DNA from: Alphaproteobacteria bacterium
Lineage (GTDB): Bacteria > Pseudomonadota > Alphaproteobacteria > Micavibrionales > UBA2020
Reading direction: 5' to 3'
Assembly (NCBI GenBank): GCA_028817795.1
Contig: JAPPOU010000038.1
Coordinates: 1-52,708, forward strand
DNA: 52,708 nucleotides
The notes beneath the pieces are model-generated. The model was not told where the DNA came from. It was given only the letters and a program-made list of their open reading frames with translations, and did no database searches. The number at the start of each line of letters is the position of its first letter. Position 1 is the stretch's first letter. The translations under genes and the position numbers were made by a program. Shown here one piece after another: positions 26,734 through 33,973 of the stretch.

Positions 26734-27411
26734 ATGTCAAGAGAGACGCCCGTTTGGATCAAGGAGCGCGGGCCTGTCGGCTATGCCGAGGCCATATCCC
26801 GCATGGATGACTCTGCCTTGGATATTCGCCAAAACGGCGCGGCAGAGACAATCTGGCTTTTGGAACACCCCCCCCTTTACACCGCCGGTACCAGCGCAAA
26901 TGAAAACGATTTGATCGCACCGGAATTTCCCGTGCACCAAACAGGGCGCGGCGGGCAATATACATACCACGGCCCCGGCCAGCGCATTGCCTATGTCATG
27001 CTGGACCTGCAAAAACGCGGGGCGGATGTCAGGGCCTATGTCGATAACCTTGAAAGCTGGATTATCGCGGCGCTCACAGACTTTGGAATACGCGGGGAAC
27101 GGCGCACGGGTCGCGTGGGCATCTGGGTCGATATGACGCGACACGGCAAGCCCATGGGCACCGAAGCCAAAATCGCTGCCATTGGCGTGCGCATTAAAAA
27201 ATGGGTGACAATGCACGGCCTTGCCATCAACGTCTGCCCCGACCTGTCCCACTTTGGCGGTATCGTGCCCTGCGGCATTCGCGGGCACGGCGTCACGTCA
27301 CTGGCCGATCTGGGGTGCGATGCATCTATTGCAGATATAGACGCATCATTGCAAAAACATTTCGACGCTATTTTCACGCAACACACTGAAAAGGCACGGT
27401 CCCATGGCTAA
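26734..27411 (+). CDS. lipB: Lipoyl(octanoyl) transferase
   Basis: LLEHPPLYTAGTSA, TGRGGQYTYHGPGQRIAYVMLDL, KIAAIGVRIKKWVTMHG. Confidence 0.9.
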   Translation: MSRETPVWIKERGPVGYAEAISRMDDSALDIRQNGAAETIWLLEHPPLYTAGTSANENDLIAPEFPVHQTGRGGQYTYHGPGQRIAYVMLDLQKRGADVRAYVDNLESWIIAALTDFGIRGERRTGRVGIWVDMTRHGKPMGTEAKIAAIGVRIKKWVTMHGLAINVCPDLSHFGGIVPCGIRGHGVTSLADLGCDASIADIDASLQKHFDAIFTQHTEKARSHG

Positions 27412-28663
27412 AGAAACGCTGCCCACACGTCCCAAAACAAACAGCATGACCATTACGCGCCTGACCGGCGGTCTTATAAAAGCGGCCCCTACAAAAGACG
27501 AGCTCATCACGCAGATACGGCAAGAACTTTCCAGCCATATCACCCAAGCGGAAGAGGAACAAAAGCAGCAACAAGCAGCCGGGCAACTGCGCGGATCATT
27601 CAACAAGGCCGTAAGACGCGCGCAAAAGGAACTGGCCCGCTTTGAGCAAATCATTTCCCATGTACCGGACGGCTTTGCACTGGCCCCCGTCTATTACAAA
27701 GGCCCTGATACCGCAGAAAAAAAAGATATATACGATGAATACCTAACGCACGTGCGCAGCCAGTTCTTGCGGTATATCGCAACGGAACATGCTGATGCCG
27801 TGACAGCACTGGGCATTTGCGAAACCGGGATTGACCGCATGCGCAAGGGGCTTGAACCTGCAGACGATCAGAAACGCCCCTATAACGTCGATATCGACCA
27901 CATTGTCGAGCGCGCGGGCAGTTGGCACATGGGGGATACACAACAAAAAGACCCCCTGAACCCCGGAAGGACAAAGGCACAGGTTAATCATTTCGCCAAT
28001 CTTATTCTGTTACCCAGCGAAATCCATGGCATGAAAAACAACCTGAACAACGTCCAGTTCTCCAGCGGTCCGCCCGCGCGGCAGGGGCGCTGGATGTTGA
28101 TGCTGGTGCCCGACGATACGCATGCAGGTTTCGTCTGCCCGCCGCAACCAAAGCGTATATTAAATGGCTTAAGTTTTCGCACCAGCGACATCTCGCGCAA
28201 GACGGGCTACTTAACGTTCCAAATTGACAACGTGTATCGCTCTCTTGAAAGCCTAAGGCAAAGCAGCATCGTACGAAAAGCACTGGCCCTTTATGATGCG
28301 ATTGCCGAAAATAAGAATACAACCGTCATGAAAGCAGCGGCACAAGACCCGGAACTCAGCCGCGTGTTCAATTATCTGGCCACGCAAGACCCGCATGCCA
28401 GCGCGGAACTGGCGCAGATTTTCCGGCCCGGCTTGAATGAAATCAAGGATAGCATCACCGATATCTTTAACGAGGTTTCGCCCGACAACCCTTCTGCCGC
28501 GACCGCAAAACAACGCATCGTTTTTTCACGCCTTTATCAAGGGCGCAAAATCAAAAGGCTGAAAAAGACACTGACAACCCTGCCCTTTCCTGAAGCGCAG
28601 GCACTGAGCGAGACGCTCACCCGTATTGACAATAAGCTTAAAGAAAAACCGCCGCAGGTTTAG
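27404..28663 (+). CDS. Hypothetical 419-aa protein with an HNH (beta-beta-alpha-Me)-like nuclease motif
   Basis: YNVDIDHIVERAGSWH...VNHFANLILLPSEIHGMKNN (aa about 160-212, nt about 27881-28039) has the D-H...N...N-L-x-L-L...H spacing of HNH nucleases. The start overlaps the lipB stop by 8 nt. Confidence 0.55.
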   Translation: MAKETLPTRPKTNSMTITRLTGGLIKAAPTKDELITQIRQELSSHITQAEEEQKQQQAAGQLRGSFNKAVRRAQKELARFEQIISHVPDGFALAPVYYKGPDTAEKKDIYDEYLTHVRSQFLRYIATEHADAVTALGICETGIDRMRKGLEPADDQKRPYNVDIDHIVERAGSWHMGDTQQKDPLNPGRTKAQVNHFANLILLPSEIHGMKNNLNNVQFSSGPPARQGRWMLMLVPDDTHAGFVCPPQPKRILNGLSFRTSDISRKTGYLTFQIDNVYRSLESLRQSSIVRKALALYDAIAENKNTTVMKAAAQDPELSRVFNYLATQDPHASAELAQIFRPGLNEIKDSITDIFNEVSPDNPSAATAKQRIVFSRLYQGRKIKRLKKTLTTLPFPEAQALSETLTRIDNKLKEKPPQV

Positions 28664-28704
28664 AATATATCGCCATTAAACGCTATTTTTCTGCCCTTCC
28701 CCCT

Positions 28705-28950
28705 GTCCCTGCGCAGGCAGGGACCCAAAGGTAATTTACAAAGCACGGCTTACAGCCAAACTAGAGCACCCTGCACTTAAAAAGAGTCCTGTCATTCCGG
28801 CGAAGGCCGGAATCTACCATGCAGCAGTCCGGTAAAGGTGGGCAACGGGCAATGGATTCCGGATCAAGCCCGGAACGACGAAGGCAAACGATCATCCTTG
28901 CCTGCCCGGATTTGAATGCAGGATGCTCTGGACCCCTGCCTGCGCAGGGG
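28705..28950. repeat. REP/MITE-like palindromic element cluster
   Basis: The ends share the inverted core CCCTGCGCAGGCAGGG (hairpins at 28705-28724 and 28933-28950). Internal hairpins are ATTCCGGC-GAAG-GCCGGAAT (28794-28813) and TTCCGG-ATCAAGC-CCGGAA (28857-28875). The GTCATTCCGGCGAAGGCCGGAATC type of repeat is a widespread proteobacterial extragenic palindrome that yields spurious VIPAKAGI-type ORFs. Confidence 0.55.
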
Positions 28951-29086
28951 CACGATGTCTTTTTAAAATACAACCTTGGGTCAAAACCAAACTGTTTTGA
29001 ATCACTCCAAGAGGTTCCGCCATCCCCACCTTCGAGGGGGGGATTGGGAAAGCGCTGATAAAAATCGATTCAGTTGAGTCTTCACC

Positions 29087-29761
29087 TTAACACGACGGCC
29101 GATCAATCCAGACCGTCAGGCACGTCACGCCGCAACTGCCGTAGTCCAGCGCCGCCTGGCATGAGCTGAACTTGCGCATAAAGCGCGTTAAAGCATCAAG
29201 ATGCGTCGCGCTTAACGGAGCCGTTATTTCCATGCCGACACCATCAGCAACAGTATTGAAATACGTCCATTCCGTATAGCCGGAGGGTGGTGGCGGCAAA
29301 AGCTGGCCGCGATTGCCCGCACCCTGGAACATATTACGCGCTGTCGAGGACGACATCAGGCATTTCAAATTGCGCACTTGGTCATTACCCGCCGCGCCAC
29401 CGGGGTTGAGGGCATCATTCGGCTCCAACGGATAGGGCGTGTTGGCATTATCTGCCGCGTCAATATCATTATCGCCATCCAGATCACCGCCGCCGCCCGG
29501 AAATTCCAGCACGCATTCGGTCACAGCCGCGCGAATCAAGTTCGCCTGCGCGTACAATTCGCTGGCTGTGTTCTGCGCGACCTGCGTTGATACGGTGCTA
29601 TCGCTGTCTTCCATGACAACAAAGCTTAAAGCCCCGATCAGGGCGACAGCCATAAGAATATAAAAGAGGACGCTGCCCCGCGCCCCGCGTGAAGATGGAG
29701 AAGGGGAGGCTTCGATAAGGAAGCGCTCCCCTTTTTCCATGTGTGCGTCTGCTTTGTTCAT
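29087..29761 (-). CDS. Pilin-like protein 2 (224 aa, putative minor pilin/pseudopilin)
   Basis: Basic leader ...SSRGARG, then the hydrophobic helix SVLFYILMAVALIGALSFVV, then a globular part with a C-terminal Cys cluster (SSCQAALDYGSCGVTCLTVWIDRPSC). No Glu at +5. A vestigial KGERFLIE precedes a Ser/Pro linker. Confidence 0.55.
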   Translation of the reverse strand: MNKADAHMEKGERFLIEASPSPSSRGARGSVLFYILMAVALIGALSFVVMEDSDSTVSTQVAQNTASELYAQANLIRAAVTECVLEFPGGGGDLDGDNDIDAADNANTPYPLEPNDALNPGGAAGNDQVRNLKCLMSSSTARNMFQGAGNRGQLLPPPPSGYTEWTYFNTVADGVGMEITAPLSATHLDALTRFMRKFSSCQAALDYGSCGVTCLTVWIDRPSC

Positions 29762-29779
29762 GCCAGCCGCACGGTACGA

Positions 29780-30535
29780 TTATTGTTCAACAATCGCGTG
29801 GTAGTACACAAACGGGCCGTTTGCGTTGGTCGCGTTCGAATAGCAAGCAAAAGGCTCGCCAATGGCACCGGAAATGGTGGTTGCCGTACCGGTTACACCA
29901 GCCGTAGACGCGCCTGCACCACCATCCTGCGTTCCAGGAATGCCTTCAGTACCATCCGTAGGCGTCGCAAAGCTGACCGCCGCCACTGACTGGAAGCCCA
30001 GAGTCACACCCAAGCCTGTATTGATCGAGTTACAGGTACCCGTGGTCACGCCGAGAAACGCAAAAGCATCGCGGTTGGTGGCGGCAAGTGCGGAACCGTT
30101 CACGCCCTCAATATACCAGCCACCAACATTACCCGATGGCGTTGCCGCCTTGAAGCGCCAGTCGTTACAGGCTGCGGCCTGCGTATCATCTGTACAAGCC
30201 GTACCAACCACAGCCGTTGACGGTGGTGTTTGCGCGGTCACGCCGCCACCTGTGGGCGAGAAAATCGCATCGCCACCAGACGTCGCATCAAAATCAACCG
30301 CCGTTGCCGCCGTACCCGTCAAAATCAGGCGGGTCGCTGCCGTGCGAATGGCAGATGGATACTGCGTGAGCTGCGCTGCGTTAATCAGCCCCTGCTCGCG
30401 GTCAATAGAACCAGAACCCCGGCCCGACTGCGTCACCGCATAAGACAATGCCGCAAACAGCGCAACGGCAATCAAGATCAGGAACAGGGCGTTACCGCGC
30501 TCCCCCTGACGGTGTTTACATGAAAGTGCTTTCAT
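29780..30535 (-). CDS. Pilin-like protein 1 (251 aa, candidate major subunit)
   Basis: MKALSCKHRQGERG, then NALFLILIAVALFAALSYAV, then a Thr/Gly/Ala-rich globular domain with paired Cys residues. Strong SD AAGGGAGAG. First of the two terminal genes of the filament operon. Confidence 0.6.
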   Translation of the reverse strand: MKALSCKHRQGERGNALFLILIAVALFAALSYAVTQSGRGSGSIDREQGLINAAQLTQYPSAIRTAATRLILTGTAATAVDFDATSGGDAIFSPTGGGVTAQTPPSTAVVGTACTDDTQAAACNDWRFKAATPSGNVGGWYIEGVNGSALAATNRDAFAFLGVTTGTCNSINTGLGVTLGFQSVAAVSFATPTDGTEGIPGTQDGGAGASTAGVTGTATTISGAIGEPFACYSNATNANGPFVYYHAIVEQ

Positions 30536-30598
30536 CTTTTCTCTCCCTTTTTAAAGTCAAAAGCCTCGTTGGTTTACAAAACTTAATCTTGTTTCAGC

Positions 30599-31162
30599 CT
30601 AGCCCTCTCCGGACAAAATGCCTGCATCGCGTGGTGGATTATCAACACGCACCATCTCCACCTTCATGATTGCTGAAAGCTTTGATCCCGTACAATCCCT
30701 GCCAACGCACATGCTGGAAATCTGCACGCGCCAGTTCTTGCCGCCGTTTTGCAAGTAGTTCACGGCTGCCAAAAACTCAGGGAAAAACTGTGTATCACTG
30801 GCGCTCAGCGTGACTTGATTGCCGCTGATGACCATGCCAACCTCTGTATAGGTTTCTTTTATTTTGTCCTGCAAATCCTGCAACGATTTTTGCGGCGGCG
30901 CGGAATACGTCAGAACGGGAATGGGGGGCTTCAACGCCTCCACCTTCATCAATTCTGCACGCAATTCACTGACGCGGCCCGATTCCACAACCGTGAAAAA
31001 CACAGTCACCCCGGCAATAATCCAGGCCATGCCTGCCGCAATCAACGCGTTATAACCGACATTCAGGGGCAAAGCGTCAAGGAAGCGATCCAGATCCTTA
31101 ATGGCCTGGGGATTCGTCCAGCGCTTTAGCGTGTTCATGTCTATTTTGTCGAATCCCTGCAA
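30599..31162 (-). CDS. Bitopic membrane protein, GspM/PilO-like by topology only
   Basis: About 40 aa cytoplasmic, a TM segment (YNALIAAGMAWIIAGVTVFFTVV), then a coiled segment (ELRAELMKVEAL) and a periplasmic domain of about 100 aa. The start is TTG 31162 or ATG 31138. Confidence 0.4.
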   Translation of the reverse strand: MQGFDKIDMNTLKRWTNPQAIKDLDRFLDALPLNVGYNALIAAGMAWIIAGVTVFFTVVESGRVSELRAELMKVEALKPPIPVLTYSAPPQKSLQDLQDKIKETYTEVGMVISGNQVTLSASDTQFFPEFLAAVNYLQNGGKNWRVQISSMCVGRDCTGSKLSAIMKVEMVRVDNPPRDAGILSGEG

Positions 31163-31344
31163 AGCAGATACCCCGTTTAAAAACCCAACCCAAGCCTATG
31201 GTACTACAGGCTCATTCTTTGATTCTAGGGATAAAATGTGTCAACATGATGGCATTCCCCTCAAATTTCGTAAAATTTGTCTCTTTTTTCACGCGTATTT
31301 GCATTAATGCCTTGTTAATACAAAATTTAATGCGCATCTGTTTT

Positions 31345-31749
31345 CTACTTCGCCGCCTTTTTCCTGCAGGCATCTGCATAAACAACCAACGATTTTCCGC
31401 AACCCTTAGGGTGGGGGTGATCTTTGCACTGCCGCATAACCCACTTCAGAGAATTTCCCACATTGTCCAACGGTATCGTACGACAAAAGCTTTGGCTGTA
31501 ACTGGCCTTAGCCGTGCAACCACGGGCAAACCCCATGGCACTTATCATGCAAGCTTGTTCCCCAAAGCAACCCCCAAGTTGCTGTCGTGTTTGCCCAAAA
31601 CATGCGCGCAAATCATGTGCCTTACCATAGGCATACCCCTTTTCAAGACTCTCGCCACCACCCATGCTCTGTCCAAAAAAGTAAGCTGCAACGATCAGAA
31701 CCACAAGCGCCAGAAAAATAAAGCCCACGGTCTTCAATAGTTTTCCCAT
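31345..31749 (-). CDS. Small membrane-anchored Cys-rich protein (134 aa)
   Basis: N-terminal anchor KTVGFIFLALVVLIVAAYFF, then a domain with 9 Cys residues. No motif recognised. Confidence 0.5.
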   Translation of the reverse strand: MGKLLKTVGFIFLALVVLIVAAYFFGQSMGGGESLEKGYAYGKAHDLRACFGQTRQQLGGCFGEQACMISAMGFARGCTAKASYSQSFCRTIPLDNVGNSLKWVMRQCKDHPHPKGCGKSLVVYADACRKKAAK

Positions 31750-31791
31750 GATCTCTTTCTTATCTTAAGATGCCTTAACAAAGGCCATACC

Positions 31792-32724
31792 CTAATTCGT
31801 GCCTTGGATGCGGATACGTCCCTTTTCCGCGCCAATGGCTGTCGCCTGCAGCTGTTTTGGCGCCACCGCACTGGGAATCAACGCCTCCCACATCACGCCG
31901 CCGCCGTCTTTCACTTCGTACTTTTCTAAAACACCACCGAAACTGCCAATCACATTATTCAGCTCGATAATACGCGACAAATGCTGGCTGACGTTGCTGT
32001 GCTGCGCCGCCGTTGCATCAATCAAAAGCTGGTTTGTGGCCTGTGTCGTAACCTGCCGGGCTTTATCAAGCTGCGGCGAAATAATTCCGGCCAACATATA
32101 TGATCCCGCAAGAAACAACAGCGATATAAGCGTGACGCCCAGTCCTGAAAAGACCAATACCTTAATCGCAAAGCGCGATAGTCTTTCTTGATTCAACGCC
32201 ATATTGTGCCATATCACAGGACGGGCAACTTCGGGGTTAATCGTCACGAAATTCGCATCCATGCTTTGCACCTTTGGCAAAACAGTCCGCGCCGCGCCCA
32301 GAAAAACCTGCATGCGGCCCGTATCTTTATCCCACCGAAGCGCACCTGCAACACCTTCTTGCTCGTACAAATAAATCGTTTCCCGGTCCCAATATTCGCT
32401 ATTGCCGGGCAGGGCTGCGGCCAAGGGGCACCAACTATCCGGGCTGCTTGCCAGCGCCGACGATGGCGTTGCCAAATACCAAATGCGCCCTTCATGCACA
32501 GTATAACAGTAATGCACCCGTTCCGTGCCGCAGGCCTGCGATGCCGCGTTCCATACAGCTTCTTCTTCAGTGCCCGGAATATGCGGCAGGCCGCCACCCA
32601 CCAGTTCCGATGGCAAATAGGGCGGCGTCATCGCAATGGCATTTTCTGTCGCAATCGCCGTTGCCGTCGCCGCTGCGTCTTTGCCGGTCATTTGCGGGTT
32701 TTGTATGGTGGACGATGAGTCCAT
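31792..32724 (-). CDS. Bitopic membrane protein, GspL / PilM-PilN-fusion-like by topology only
   Basis: Cytoplasmic domain of about 190 aa, a TM segment (FAIKVLVFSGLGVTLISLLFLAGSYMLAGII), then a coiled segment and a periplasmic domain of about 90 aa. It follows the platform gene. Confidence 0.4.
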   Translation of the reverse strand: MDSSSTIQNPQMTGKDAAATATAIATENAIAMTPPYLPSELVGGGLPHIPGTEEEAVWNAASQACGTERVHYCYTVHEGRIWYLATPSSALASSPDSWCPLAAALPGNSEYWDRETIYLYEQEGVAGALRWDKDTGRMQVFLGAARTVLPKVQSMDANFVTINPEVARPVIWHNMALNQERLSRFAIKVLVFSGLGVTLISLLFLAGSYMLAGIISPQLDKARQVTTQATNQLLIDATAAQHSNVSQHLSRIIELNNVIGSFGGVLEKYEVKDGGGVMWEALIPSAVAPKQLQATAIGAEKGRIRIQGTN

Positions 32725-32752
32725 TGCAGGTTCCTTGTCTTTCTCTTTTTTA

Positions 32753-33967
32753 TCAGGGCGTCATAAACTGGCCCATCATGCTATCCATGCTCATGTTCAT
32801 AACCGTCAGCGCGTAAATCGCGCTACCAAATGCTACCACGAGATAAAGGCCGGATAAACCGAATGCAAGCCACACAATCAAACTATGTTTCGTTTTCGCG
32901 TTGGTTTGCCTCATTTCGGAAATAGACTCCATGAGCGTTGCCACCTGCCCCAAATCGGAAATACCGGCCAGCTCCAAACGTTCGTTCTTTGTCAGCGGTG
33001 CACGATCCAGTGCTGCACCCAAACCAACGCCACGTGACAAATCTTCGCGCGCATTCATCCAATATTCGCTCACATCCGGAATATTACTGGCTTCGGAGGC
33101 TTGTTCCAAAACATCGCCAATCGGCACGTTACCGCGTAACATCCGGGCCGCCGCTGCTGTCGAGTCGGAAAAACCCAGATCACGCAGATACGCGCCAATC
33201 AACGGAATTTTACGCACAATGCGGGCCGTCGGCCAATCACGTTTACCCCGGTTATGCCAGAACGATAAAATCGTCCAAACAAGAAAGGCGCCCATCGCAT
33301 AGGCGACATAGAGCAATACATCCCACAACAAAGAAAGATTTCCGACAACCTTGTTATATTGCTCTAACTTGTCCGGTTCGGATGGTGGGTTGCTTTCAAA
33401 CCAGCCGATAATTTTTCCCTTGCCCCAATACATGCCCTGCACGATCGTCAGAATATCAAACCCCAGCCAAGCCATCGTACCAATCACCTTGCCGCGATTT
33501 TTCCGCTTTTGCGTGATGTTTTGAATGGCGTGTGGAATCCCTTCGTGCAGGCGGTTTGATCGTTCCGATGCCGCCAAAATCGCCAGCGTGCCGTAATCAT
33601 AAATGTTCAACGACCGTAAAGCGTCAATAACACCAAGACCCCGCGCCAAGGCCTCCCGCGCTGGCGACAAAATATTCTGCCGCCGTGGATTGGTTTCTGC
33701 CTGAATAAGTCGCCACAATGCAACGCCGGGCGATGTCGCCGTGGAACGAAACTGGATACCGCGCAATAACTGCACCTGCCACCAGCTCGACCGCGCCAAC
33801 CAGCGTTCAAGGGGGGAGCGCGCATGCGGACGGATTGTCAAAACATAGCCGCCACGCTTGGTAACTTCGTGCCGCACGTCGGCTTGCGATGGCATGTAAT
33901 AAGATTCTTCCAATACCCGTGGCCCTGCGGGTGTGTCGATAGAAAATTTAACGATCCACTGCTGCAT
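32753..33967 (-). CDS. GspF/PilC-family inner-membrane platform protein
   Basis: 404 aa with two GspF-like cytoplasmic helical domains (e.g. LARGLGVIDALRSLNIYDYGTLAILAASERSNRLHEGI; LRGNVPIGDVLEQASE...) alternating with three TM segments. Confidence 0.75.
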   Translation of the reverse strand: MQQWIVKFSIDTPAGPRVLEESYYMPSQADVRHEVTKRGGYVLTIRPHARSPLERWLARSSWWQVQLLRGIQFRSTATSPGVALWRLIQAETNPRRQNILSPAREALARGLGVIDALRSLNIYDYGTLAILAASERSNRLHEGIPHAIQNITQKRKNRGKVIGTMAWLGFDILTIVQGMYWGKGKIIGWFESNPPSEPDKLEQYNKVVGNLSLLWDVLLYVAYAMGAFLVWTILSFWHNRGKRDWPTARIVRKIPLIGAYLRDLGFSDSTAAAARMLRGNVPIGDVLEQASEASNIPDVSEYWMNAREDLSRGVGLGAALDRAPLTKNERLELAGISDLGQVATLMESISEMRQTNAKTKHSLIVWLAFGLSGLYLVVAFGSAIYALTVMNMSMDSMMGQFMTP

Positions 33968-33973
33968 ATGCCG

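Noticed and set aside
29087-30535. Shufflon or invertible-segment organisation of the pilin genes, as in R64 PilV.
   Set aside because: No recombinase gene is present, and no set of short inverted repeats flanks alternative C-terminal cassettes. The two pilin-like genes are simple tandem ORFs.
30536-30598. Sigma-54 (GG-N10-GC) promoter upstream of the candidate major pilin gene, as is common for type IV pilins.
   Set aside because: There is no TGGCAC-N5-TTGC-like element on the minus strand. Only an SD (AAGGGAGAG) and AT-rich sequence are present.
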